This document shows positions 1-8,099 of a stretch of 34,078 nucleotides of DNA, piece after piece. Origin of the DNA: Eubacteriales bacterium (GTDB taxonomy: Bacteria > Bacillota > Clostridia > Oscillospirales > CAG-272). A model generated the notes under the pieces. The model had not been told where the DNA came from. It saw only the letters and a program-made list of their open reading frames with translations, and did no database searches. The number at the start of each line of letters is the position of its first letter. Position 1 is the stretch's first letter. The DNA lies in NCBI GenBank assembly GCA_045652645.1, contig JAZRUP010000179.1:1-34078 (forward strand), in the 5' to 3' direction. The position numbers and the translations under genes were made by a program.

Positions 1-648
1 TGCAACAGCCTCAAGAAGCATTTCGTGATACTTCTCGGCAGCTTCCATAGATTCATCGGGAATGGGATGAATGGAGTGAGTTCCGTTCTTGTCGAAAACG
101 TGCGCGTCCATATCAACAAGGTCGATAGCACCGACAACGGCTCCGTCCTTTACCATCGGAATGGTAAGAGGGCAGATCTTCTTACCCCACTTGTCGTGGA
201 GAGCGTCGAGAACCTTTGCGAAACGAGCCTCGTTATCGTCGAACTTATTTATAAAGAAGGATTTGGGAAGTCCCGCGTCGGTTGCCTCATCCCAAGCAAG
301 CTCTGTACCAACCTGAATACCTGCTTTTGCGTCAACAACGATGATAGCGCTGTCAGCAACGCGGAGCATCTGCTTTACTTCGCCGGCAAAATCAAGATAT
401 CCGGGAGTATCAAGAACGTTGACCTTTATATCCTTCCACATAAGATTTGCAACAGATCCCGAAAGAGAGAACTTTCTTGCAATTTCTTCTGCATCGTAGT
501 CGGAGACTGTGTTTCCGTCGTTTATTTTTCCGAGACGGTCGGTAACACCGGAAATATAAAGCATTGCTTCGTTAAGGGATGTTTTTCCGCAGCCGCCGTG
601 ACCGAGCAGCGCAACGTTTCTGATTCTGTCTGTTATAATTTTTGCCAT
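1..648 (-). CDS. Translational GTPase of the elongation factor G family (N-terminal 216 codons; the rest lies beyond the window start)
   Basis: Reverse-strand translation from ATG at 646-648 gives MAKIITDRIRNVALLGHGGCGKTSLNEAMLYISGVTDRLGKI...DTPGYLDFAGEV...PDESMEAAEKYHEMLLEAVA. It has a GHGGCGKT P-loop and a DTPG switch II motif. GGAGG SD at 654-658 (reverse strand), 5 nt from the ATG. The ends I translated (codons 1-36 and the last 20) are stop-free and the rest was read by eye as open to position 1. It is absent from the ORF track because the window edge truncates it. Confidence 0.85.
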   Translation of the reverse strand, partial: MAKIITDRIRNVALLGHGGCGKTSLNEAMLYISGVTDRLGKINDGNTVSDYDAEEIARKFSLSGSVANLMWKDIKVNVLDTPGYLDFAGEVKQMLRVADSAIIVVDAKAGIQVGTELAWDEATDAGLPKSFFINKFDDNEARFAKVLDALHDKWGKKICPLTIPMVKDGAVVGAIDLVDMDAHVFDKNGTHSIHPIPDESMEAAEKYHEMLLEAVA

Positions 649-733
649 GGTTTCCTCCTGTGTCCCCGCTTGGGGGCATTGTTAGTTTTTGGTGTTTTTT
701 ATATAATGCATAAAATATACAACCACGATTCTT

Positions 734-762
734 ATTATACAACAATATTGCACAAATTGCAA
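734..762 (-). promoter_or_regulatory. Sigma-A-type promoter for the EF-G-family gene
   Basis: Reverse strand reads TTGCAA (762-757), a 17-nt spacer, then TATAAT (739-734), about 85 nt upstream of the ATG at 648. Confidence 0.45.
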
Positions 763-786
763 GAGAAAATTTAGATTTTTTTATAA

Positions 787-1575
787 TTATTTATCAAAAA
801 ATCTCAAAGAATTCTCAAAAATTGCCTCCGCAAGGCTTTCTTCGTCCTCGTTTCTGGCTTCCGCGACCGCTTTAAGCGTAAAAGGGAGGTAATCCGAGCG
901 GTTAAGCTTGCCTCGCATCGGATGCGGCGCGAGGTACGGAGCGTCGGTCTCAATAAGTATTCTGTCGCGAGGAACGACCGCCGCGACCTCTTTTGTCTTT
1001 CTCGCGTTCTTGAAGCTTATGACTCCCGAGAACGAGATGTACCAACCTCGCTTGATAAGCTCAGTTGCCATTTCCGCGCTTCCGCTAAAGCTGTGCAAAA
1101 CACCCTTGACCTCGGGGTGTTTTATAAGTGTTTCGAAAATGTCGCCGTGAGCCTCTCTGTCGTGAATTACTACTGGCAGATTATATTCAACCGCCAGACG
1201 GAGCTGGCGGTTGAAATATTCTTTTTGAAGCTCTTTGTGCTCTGTATCCCAATAATAATCGAGACCTATCTCACCGAGCGCGACTATTTTCAGCTCTTCC
1301 TTTCGTTCAAGAAGGGAAGCGAGCATCTTTATTTCGGTATCGATATCGGAGAGATGAAGGCAATCCTCGGGATGTATACCCGCTGTCGCGAACATGTTTT
1401 CGTATCTTGCCGCCATTTCCGTGACGCGAAGCGCGTTTTCGTTATTTGTGGCTGTGTTTACTATATATTTGACGTCCGAGGAAAACACCTCGTTTAGAAG
1501 CGCGTCGACTCCACCTTCAAATTCTTCCGTAAAGCGGTCGTCGGTATAATGCGCGTGAGTATCAAAGAATCTCAT
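787..1575 (-). CDS. TatD-family metal-dependent hydrolase/DNase
   Basis: 262 aa with TatD signature blocks FDTHAH, GEIGLDY, HSFSG and ETDAPYL. It lies 7 nt downstream of metG in the same orientation. Confidence 0.9.
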   Translation of the reverse strand: MRFFDTHAHYTDDRFTEEFEGGVDALLNEVFSSDVKYIVNTATNNENALRVTEMAARYENMFATAGIHPEDCLHLSDIDTEIKMLASLLERKEELKIVALGEIGLDYYWDTEHKELQKEYFNRQLRLAVEYNLPVVIHDREAHGDIFETLIKHPEVKGVLHSFSGSAEMATELIKRGWYISFSGVISFKNARKTKEVAAVVPRDRILIETDAPYLAPHPMRGKLNRSDYLPFTLKAVAEARNEDEESLAEAIFENSLRFFDK

Positions 1576-1582
1576 TTGGGAT

Positions 1583-3541
1583 TTATCTTACTCTTTCGCC
1601 GAGAGGAGTATCGTCCGCGAGGAATACCACGCGAACCTGCTCCTCGCCCGATGCAAGAAGCATTCCGTTGCTCTCAATTCCGCAAAGCGTTGCGGGACGG
1701 AGGTTTGCGACAACGATTACTTTCTTTCCGATAAGAGCGTCGGGCTCGTAGAACTTGGCGATACCCGAAACTACCTGACGCTGCTCGTATCCGAGATCTA
1801 TCATGAGCTTAAGGAGTTTTTTAGCCTTCGGAACCTTTTCGCAGGCGATGATCTTTGCAGTACGAAGCTCGACGTTCATAAAGTCCTCGATCCCGATAAG
1901 AGCGCAGCCCTCGGGTTTTTCGGGTTTCTTCTGGGCAGCTTCAGCTGCGGCAGCAGCCGCGGCGCGCTCTGCTTCGATCTCCGCGAGCATCTTAGCCTCG
2001 TCAATACGTGCAAAAAGAACCTTAGAATTAGCTACCGTGTCGCCGGCAACAAGAGCACCGAACTGCTCAGCGCTTCCGATAGACGCGTAGCCTCGCTTGT
2101 CGGTATTAAGCTCTGCGAGTATCTCTTCACTGGTTTCCGGAATAAAAGGAGCAAGGAGTACAGCACCCCAACGGATAGCCTCAAGAAGGGTATAGAGAAC
2201 CGTTCCGAGGCGTTCCTTGTTGGCTTCATCCTTTGCGAGCGTCCAAGGAGTCGTTTCGTCGATGTATTTGTTGGCTCTTGAGAGCATCGTGAATATGGCA
2301 TCGAGCGCGTCTGCTATTCTGTAGCCGTCCATGCACTCGATGACCTTATTGTAAGCGGTAACGCAAGCCTCAACTACCTCACCGTCAAGCGCGTCCTTTG
2401 CAGTGGGCGCCTGGATAACGCTTCCGAAATACTTCTTCTGCATATCAAGCGTACGCTTTACAAGGTTTCCGAGATTGTTGACAAGGTCTGTATTGAATCT
2501 CTTGATGACGTTTTCGTAAGTGATAGATCCGTCATTTGCGTAAGGCATTTCCGCGAGAGCGTAATAGCGAACACCGTCAACAGTAAAGCGCTCTGCAAGC
2601 TTGTCGGCGTAAATTACGTTTCCACGGGACTTTGACATCTTGTCCATACCGAAGTTGAACCACGGATGGGCGAATACCTTTTTGGGGAGGGGAAGCCCCA
2701 GTGCCATAAGGAAGATGGGCCAATAGATGGTGTGGAAACGGATAATATCCTTTCCAATGATATGAACGTCTGCCGGCCAGAGCTTTTTGAATTTTTCGCT
2801 CTGTTCCTCATATGTTTTGTCAGGGTCGTATCCGATAGCGGTTATATAATTTGTAAGCGCATCGAGCCAAACGTAGGTTACGTGTTTTGGGTCGCTGTCA
2901 ACGGGGATACCCCAAGTGAAGGACGTACGCGAAACGCAAAGATCCTGAAGTCCTGCCTTGAGAAAGTTGTTTACTATCTCTTTTTTGCGGCTTTCGGGTT
3001 CAATGAATTCGGGATGGGTCTCAATATGATCCATAAGCTTGTCCGCATATTTTTTCATATTAAAGAAATATGCTTCCTCGCTTGCTCTCTCTACGGGTCT
3101 GCCGCAGTCGGGGCATTTACCGTCGACTGCCTGTGTGTCCGTGAAGAAAGACTCACAGGGCGTGCAGTACCAGCCTTCATATCGACCCTTGTAAATATCG
3201 CCGCTTTCAAGGAAACGGTTGAATATCTTTTTGACGGCGGCTTCATGATAATCGTCAGTGGTTCTGATAAAGTGGTCGTATTTGACGTTCATATGATCCC
3301 AGAGCCCCTTTATCTCGCCCGCTACGTTATCTACGTAGAGTTTAGGTGTAATACCTGCATCTTTTGCAAGATCCTCGATCTTTTGACCGTGTTCGTCAGT
3401 TCCCGTACACATAAATACATCATATCCCATCTCGCGTTTATAACGAGTGATGGCATCTGTCATAATAGCTTCGTACGTGTTGCCAAAGTGAGGTTTTTTA
3501 GATGCGTATGCAATAGCTGTCGTGATATAAAACTTTTCCAT
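1583..3541 (-). CDS. metG: Methionine--tRNA ligase with a C-terminal tRNA-binding (Trbp111/EMAP-like) domain
   Basis: 652 aa. Class I HIGH-type motif (KKPHFGNTYE), KMSKS motif (DKMSKSRGN), zinc knuckle CTPCESFF...CPDCGRP, poly-Ala/Lys linker, then a C-terminal OB-fold-like tail (GIEDFMNVELRTAKI...LRPATLCGIESNGMLLA). Confidence 0.97.
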   Translation of the reverse strand: MEKFYITTAIAYASKKPHFGNTYEAIMTDAITRYKREMGYDVFMCTGTDEHGQKIEDLAKDAGITPKLYVDNVAGEIKGLWDHMNVKYDHFIRTTDDYHEAAVKKIFNRFLESGDIYKGRYEGWYCTPCESFFTDTQAVDGKCPDCGRPVERASEEAYFFNMKKYADKLMDHIETHPEFIEPESRKKEIVNNFLKAGLQDLCVSRTSFTWGIPVDSDPKHVTYVWLDALTNYITAIGYDPDKTYEEQSEKFKKLWPADVHIIGKDIIRFHTIYWPIFLMALGLPLPKKVFAHPWFNFGMDKMSKSRGNVIYADKLAERFTVDGVRYYALAEMPYANDGSITYENVIKRFNTDLVNNLGNLVKRTLDMQKKYFGSVIQAPTAKDALDGEVVEACVTAYNKVIECMDGYRIADALDAIFTMLSRANKYIDETTPWTLAKDEANKERLGTVLYTLLEAIRWGAVLLAPFIPETSEEILAELNTDKRGYASIGSAEQFGALVAGDTVANSKVLFARIDEAKMLAEIEAERAAAAAAAEAAQKKPEKPEGCALIGIEDFMNVELRTAKIIACEKVPKAKKLLKLMIDLGYEQRQVVSGIAKFYEPDALIGKKVIVVANLRPATLCGIESNGMLLASGEEQVRVVFLADDTPLGERVR

Positions 3542-4347
3542 TATAAAGTTTCCTCCGTAATGTGATCTCGGTATTCACCGGTTAGTAGATATTTTGAGTA
3601 AAGACATTCCGCTATAAGCATATAAGGGAATGTAAAAATTATAAAAAGCACGCCTGCTGTAAGAAGTGAAAGAAATATCCACGGTATAAAGCTGAGAGGG
3701 AAAGCCCAAAGCTTCCACATTTTGCCGCTTGTAGCTTTCAGCGAGGCATTAAGGCAAAGAGAGATAGGTTGATCTGCGCCGCATACAACAGCATTTATAA
3801 AAGGAAATAGTCTCGCGGTAATAAATACCGAAGTGAAAAAATATACGACGGACAGGATCAAGCTTATTCCCCATAGGGAGAGTTGAATCGATCTTTTATC
3901 AGTTTGTATCAATGATATAAGGTTAAAAAGCGCATTGATTATAGCTAAGGGAAGATGAAGGATCAATGCTAAGGCCCACGCCTTTTTTATTTTTTTAAAC
4001 GAACTGTAATATGTGAAGATATCAATAAATTCAACCGAATTGTCATTTGAGAGCCCGGCGGCAACTTTCCATAGTCCGATAAAAAGCGGATATATTAATA
4101 AAATATAAGGAATTGTGCAAACGGTGTCAAATATAAAAGAATATACTTGAAGCTCTCTTTCATCTACTGTTTTATAAAAAGCAGCGGAAAAGGCGTAGCT
4201 TCTGAAAAGCTCAAACATTATTTCAATAGAAATATAGAAAAGACCGCAGAATATAAGCTTTAAAAGTACATCCCGATTTGAAAGTACGGCTTTAGCGTCA
4301 GATTTTATTTTTTTTCTTGTTATGAGGTTCGAAGCATCAGAGGTCAT
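3541..4347 (-). CDS. Polytopic integral membrane protein, possibly DUF975-like
   Basis: 268 aa with about 6 hydrophobic segments. The N-terminus (ITRKKIKSDAKAVLSNRDVLLKLIF) resembles DUF975 openings. Its stop overlaps the metG ATG by 1 nt (TAATG) and its start overlaps the nagA stop by 11 nt. Confidence 0.7.
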   Translation of the reverse strand: MTSDASNLITRKKIKSDAKAVLSNRDVLLKLIFCGLFYISIEIMFELFRSYAFSAAFYKTVDERELQVYSFIFDTVCTIPYILLIYPLFIGLWKVAAGLSNDNSVEFIDIFTYYSSFKKIKKAWALALILHLPLAIINALFNLISLIQTDKRSIQLSLWGISLILSVVYFFTSVFITARLFPFINAVVCGADQPISLCLNASLKATSGKMWKLWAFPLSFIPWIFLSLLTAGVLFIIFTFPYMLIAECLYSKYLLTGEYRDHITEETL

Positions 4348-5482
4348 AAGCCATACCTCCGACCCAAACTCGCTCGATATTTATACGTCTATCGGTGCTT
4401 CGCGCCATAAGTATATCGCTTCTCTTGCCAATATCGATCGACCCTACTTCTTTATCTACACCGACCTGTTCGGCAGGTGTAAGCGTTGCGCAACGAAGCG
4501 CGGTTTCAAGCGGGATATCGCAAAAGCGCATAAGATTTTCAAGTGCCGTTTTCAAATCAAGAGTGCTTCCCGCAAGCTTTCCTTCGCCGGTAAGAGCCTT
4601 GCCGTCTTTAACGGTACATGGATTTCCTGCTATAAAGTATTCTCCGTCGGCGCATCCCGCCGCCATCATAGAATCCGTTATGAGGGACAGCCTTGTGTTT
4701 CCAAGGCAACGATACGCAAGCTTTATCATCTCGGGGGATATATGAAGTCCGTCGCAGATGATCTCGCAGTATGCGCCGGATGTAAGACCCGCCGCGACAG
4801 CTCCGCTTTCTCTGTGCCCGAGAGGTGGCATAGCATTGAAAAGATGAGTAAAGCTTATCCCGAATCTTTCATAGGCTGTTATTGCCGTATCATAGTTAGA
4901 TTCGGTGTGAGCAAGCCCCAAAGTAGCGCCGAGCTCCTTTGCCTCTTCCGCAAAAGCGAAGCCGCCATCAAGCTCAAAAGCCGAGCTTATGTGACACGGT
5001 CTACGCATTCGGAAAACAAGCTCTTGAAGTTCTTGATCGTTGTGAGGCGCAAGCAGGTCTTTTGAGTGCGCTCCGCGCTTGTTTTGATTTAAGTATCTGC
5101 CCTCAAGGTGAATACCAAGGAACTCCGCGCCGTTTGTATTTCCTTTTAGCGCATTTATTTTATCGGACATTAACAAGAGCTGTTCGTACGGAGCCGAAGC
5201 GAGAGTTGGAAAAAGGGAAGTGGTTCCGACAGAGAGATAGCTCCGAGCCATATTCTTTAAATCATCCGTATCAGCATTGGTAAAATCATATCCCGCGCGG
5301 CCGTGAGTATGAACATCAACGAATCCTGGAATGAGTAAAGCTTCGTGCGCGTCAATTTCTGTATCGGTGCCGCCGCTAACATCGCCGATTTCAATTATAC
5401 GGTCAGAGAAAAGCAAGGAGCCTTTTATAAAAGACTCTGCTTCCGTAGAATAAATGAAAGCGTTATTTATAAGCGTTTTCAC
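4337..5482 (-). CDS. nagA: N-acetylglucosamine-6-phosphate deacetylase
   Basis: 381 aa amidohydrolase with GFVDVHTHG, HLEGRYLN and THLFNAM motifs typical of NagA. GTG start at 5482 is preceded by AAGGAGA (reverse strand) with a 6-nt spacer. Confidence 0.9.
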   Translation of the reverse strand: MKTLINNAFIYSTEAESFIKGSLLFSDRIIEIGDVSGGTDTEIDAHEALLIPGFVDVHTHGRAGYDFTNADTDDLKNMARSYLSVGTTSLFPTLASAPYEQLLLMSDKINALKGNTNGAEFLGIHLEGRYLNQNKRGAHSKDLLAPHNDQELQELVFRMRRPCHISSAFELDGGFAFAEEAKELGATLGLAHTESNYDTAITAYERFGISFTHLFNAMPPLGHRESGAVAAGLTSGAYCEIICDGLHISPEMIKLAYRCLGNTRLSLITDSMMAAGCADGEYFIAGNPCTVKDGKALTGEGKLAGSTLDLKTALENLMRFCDIPLETALRCATLTPAEQVGVDKEVGSIDIGKRSDILMARSTDRRINIERVWVGGMAYDL

Positions 5483-5514
5483 GGCGCATCTCCTTACATA
5501 TCTAATATTATTAT

Positions 5515-5543
5515 ATTATATCAGCTTTTTTGATTTTTTACAA
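5515..5543 (-). promoter_or_regulatory. Sigma-A-type promoter for the nagA-membrane protein-metG-tatD operon
   Basis: Reverse strand reads TTGTAA (5543-5538), a 17-nt spacer, then TGaTATAAT (extended -10; hexamer 5520-5515). Confidence 0.45.
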
Positions 5544-5657
5544 TAGCAATATAAATAATTTAACGATTATTTGGTAAAAATATTGATTTTTTGTGGAAAA
5601 ATAATGATTTTGAAGGCTTTGGAAGTAACGGTAATTTCCGCCAATTCGTCAAACCAG

Positions 5658-5687
5658 TTTACAAATACATACAGAATATGATATAAT
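5658..5687 (+). promoter_or_regulatory. Sigma-A-type promoter for the CHAP-domain gene
   Basis: TTTACA (5658-5663), an 18-nt spacer, then TGaTATAAT (hexamer 5682-5687), about 40 nt upstream of the GTG at 5730. Confidence 0.45.
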
Positions 5688-5729
5688 TTCACTCGGGGAT
5701 CGGCAAAGAAAATCAAAAAGGAGGAGAAA

Positions 5730-7322
5730 GTGAAAAAGAAATTTATATATTTTTTTATAGCTATTATTTTTTTGTTACATACCTTCGCGGCATCCGTGAG
5801 TGCGGTAAAAACAACTTATACTGTCAGTGACGCCTATCGCGAAAGCATCTATTATGAAAGACTCTCGGCTCTTGATCTGACGGGTGACGAGCGTCGTGAT
5901 ATCGTTAATGTAGCGATGACCCAACTCGGATATCACGAAGGAAACAGCGCATCCGAGCTTGGAGGCGGAAATTGGAACGGGACAGGAAATTGTGTTGAGT
6001 ATAATTACGGAAATAAATCTGTTTACAGCAACGGAGGAACATACAGCTATGCTTGGTGCGCCTCATTCGTGACTTGGTGCGCCCGTCAGGCAGGAATATC
6101 GACGTCAACTGTTATAAACTCCGTAAGCTGTGATAATTTCGTTTCTAATTTCAAATCAAGATCGCAGTACAAGACAAGATCCTCGGGATATAAGCCTATC
6201 GCGGGAGATCTTATATTTTTCCTTTCAAGCGATTCTAACAGAACATATGCCTCACACGTCGGAATAGTCGTCGGAACCGACTCTTCAGGTGTATATACTA
6301 TTGAAGGGAATACGACTCGCGGATTTGTGAATTACAGGAGATATTCTTTAAATTCGACATACATAGTAGGATACGGAATTCCTGCTTATGCGGGTACAAG
6401 CGGAAAATACGAAGATTTTTCTTTCCATTCGGGATATATAGAGCCAGGTATATACGCTGTTAACAGTAGTTCAGGCATACTTAATTTGAGGTCCGGGCCA
6501 TCAACATCGTATTCTTCCTTGACAACTATCCCCTCAGGAACGTTATTGGCGATCTCTGAGGCGTCTGGTGATTGGGGACGGGTCGTTTATAAAGGGAAAA
6601 GCGGTTGGATCTCTCTTAATTATGTGGAACCTTCGCAAATAACAGTAAGCTACAACGCCAACGGAGGAGAAAGCGCGCCAGCTTCTACTGTAAACAAGAG
6701 CCTGAAAGCTGTCACTCTCAGTAGTGATATACCATCTCGCGAAGGATATACTTTTCTCGGTTGGGCTAAAAAATCAAATTCCTCGACAGTAGACTATTTG
6801 CCGGGGGATATTTATGTTGATATATCAGATATAACGCTTTACGCCATTTGGGAGAGAACACAATACACCGTTGAATTTCTTGACTATGACGGGAGAGTCA
6901 TAAGTCAAAAAATATACTATTATGGAGATGAGACAGAGATCCCTGACGATCCCCAAAAAGAATCTGACGGAAAGTACGAATACAGTTTTTTTGGTTGGGA
7001 CCGCGAAATAGTTAACAGAGTAACCGCCGATATCAGCTATAAAGCCGTATACGTTGCGCTTCCCGTCGAAGAGGAGGAGGACAAGCCAAACGATACGGAA
7101 CATCTTGAGTCGGAGAAAACGGATACGGAAACACAGGCACCCGAAACCGATACACGCGAAGAAACGTATACTGAAGCTGTTTTACGATCAGAAACTTTGA
7201 AAGAAGAAAATCTTACGTTGAACGAATCGTCCTGTGCCCAAACAGGAATTGAAGCTGTCGTTTCATCGCTTCTTCTTGTCTTTGTCACTGTGTGCTTTGC
7301 AGTGCTTGATAAAAAGAAATAA
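5730..7322 (+). CDS. Secreted, membrane-anchored cell-wall hydrolase: signal peptide, CHAP amidase/peptidase domain, SH3b domain, two Listeria-Bacteroides (Flg_new-like) repeats, acidic linker, C-terminal TM helix
   Basis: 530 aa. GTG start follows AGGAGG. N-terminal signal MKKKFIYFFIAIIFLLHTFAASVSA. CHAP-like Cys and His blocks (YAWCASFVTWCARQAG ... ASHVGIVVG). SH3b-like block (GILNLRSGPSTSYSSLTTIPSGTLLAISEASGDWGRVVYKGKSGWISLNYV). Repeats end in YTFLGWA and YSFFGWD. E/D/T-rich linker, then hydrophobic tail IEAVVSSLLLVFVTVCFAVL-DKKK. Confidence 0.85.
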   Translation: MKKKFIYFFIAIIFLLHTFAASVSAVKTTYTVSDAYRESIYYERLSALDLTGDERRDIVNVAMTQLGYHEGNSASELGGGNWNGTGNCVEYNYGNKSVYSNGGTYSYAWCASFVTWCARQAGISTSTVINSVSCDNFVSNFKSRSQYKTRSSGYKPIAGDLIFFLSSDSNRTYASHVGIVVGTDSSGVYTIEGNTTRGFVNYRRYSLNSTYIVGYGIPAYAGTSGKYEDFSFHSGYIEPGIYAVNSSSGILNLRSGPSTSYSSLTTIPSGTLLAISEASGDWGRVVYKGKSGWISLNYVEPSQITVSYNANGGESAPASTVNKSLKAVTLSSDIPSREGYTFLGWAKKSNSSTVDYLPGDIYVDISDITLYAIWERTQYTVEFLDYDGRVISQKIYYYGDETEIPDDPQKESDGKYEYSFFGWDREIVNRVTADISYKAVYVALPVEEEEDKPNDTEHLESEKTDTETQAPETDTREETYTEAVLRSETLKEENLTLNESSCAQTGIEAVVSSLLLVFVTVCFAVLDKKK

Positions 7323-7331
7323 AAACAAAAA

Positions 7332-7377
7332 AGAGGCAAGCTACTATTAGTTTGCCTCTGATTTGTTTTGCGTTTTT
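7332..7377. terminator. Bidirectional rho-independent terminator between the convergent CHAP gene and radC
   Basis: Stem 7332-7343 (agaggcaagcta) pairs with 7348-7359 (tagtttgcctct; one G-U pair) around a 4-nt loop. A T-rich tract follows (gatttgttttgcgtttttt) and an A-run precedes it. Confidence 0.6.
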
Positions 7378-7380
7378 TGC

Positions 7381-8097
7381 TCAGAATTTTTTGAAATATA
7401 TTTCACCTGTATCAGCAAGGTTCTTTTTTATGATGGGAGCGAAAGAATTTCCGGCTACAACGATATGTTCCACGAGATTGATGTCGATCTGATTGCAACA
7501 ATAACGCAGTTGAGACGTGAATTCAATATCCGCGCCCGAAGGTACTGCGAGCCCCGTGGGGTGATTGTGGGCTATAACTATTCCGACCGCATCTTCCTTT
7601 ATAGCTGTACTTACTATATTTTTTACCAATGCGGGATTTGAATTTACAGAGCCTTCGCAAATAAGCTTACAATTTGTCATTTCGTTTTTGCCGTTGAACG
7701 TTAAAACGTAAGCTTTTTCATTAGTGGTCCCCATGAAAAGATTAACGAGGAATTTTCCGACTTTATCGATCGTATCATATTGCTCTCCGATCTTTAATTC
7801 GGAAGATGCATAGTACTTTGATACAGCCGCGATCAATTTCAAAAAGATAGCTGTATTTTCACCGACACCATCTACTGAAACGAGATCCTCGTGCTTTGCG
7901 TCAAGAATACCTTTGACTGAACCGAAACGGTCTATAAGTCGGTGACCGTGCTCATTGGTGTCTATTCTTGGGATAGAGTAAAAAAGTAAAAATTCCAGAA
8001 TTTGATGTGGGGCAAAGCCCTCAAGACTGAAGTCGTTATTGATGAAACGTATTTTTACCCGATTTCTGTGATTTTCATGAGGGTTTTTGTTAGTCAT
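7381..8097 (-). CDS. radC: RadC-family JAB/MPN domain protein
   Basis: 238 aa. N-terminal helix-hairpin-helix-like region (LVSVDGVGENTAIFLKLI) and C-terminal JAB motif (VIAHNHPTGLAVPSGADIEFT). Confidence 0.85.
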   Translation of the reverse strand: MTNKNPHENHRNRVKIRFINNDFSLEGFAPHQILEFLLFYSIPRIDTNEHGHRLIDRFGSVKGILDAKHEDLVSVDGVGENTAIFLKLIAAVSKYYASSELKIGEQYDTIDKVGKFLVNLFMGTTNEKAYVLTFNGKNEMTNCKLICEGSVNSNPALVKNIVSTAIKEDAVGIVIAHNHPTGLAVPSGADIEFTSQLRYCCNQIDINLVEHIVVAGNSFAPIIKKNLADTGEIYFKKF

Positions 8098-8099
8098 AA

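Noticed and set aside
25-774. A 249-aa forward-strand ORF at the window start
   Set aside because: It lies antisense to a reverse-strand frame with clear EF-G GTPase motifs, an SD and a promoter. Its own translation is low-complexity with no motifs, so it is a shadow ORF.
1925-1970. A GC-rich GCN-repeat tract (gcagcttcagctgcggcagcagccgcggcgcgc)
   Set aside because: It encodes the poly-Ala linker (AERAAAAAAAEAAQ) between the MetRS catalytic body and its tRNA-binding domain. It is coding low-complexity sequence, not a repeat element or CRISPR.
2666-3565. A 299-aa forward ORF, plus other ORFs inside 1583-3541
   Set aside because: They are antisense to metG, whose HIGH/KMSKS motifs leave no doubt about the coding strand.
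4322-5065. A 247-aa forward ORF, plus the 116-aa and 114-aa ORFs in the same region
   Set aside because: They are antisense shadows of nagA. They have no SD and no recognisable motifs.
5483-5729. Possible riboswitch (for example the c-di-AMP/ydaO type often found before cell-wall hydrolases) in the 247-nt nagA/CHAP intergenic region
   Set aside because: The divergent promoters leave only about 35-40 nt of leader before the CHAP gene. The region is AT-rich with no conserved riboswitch helices that I could recognise.
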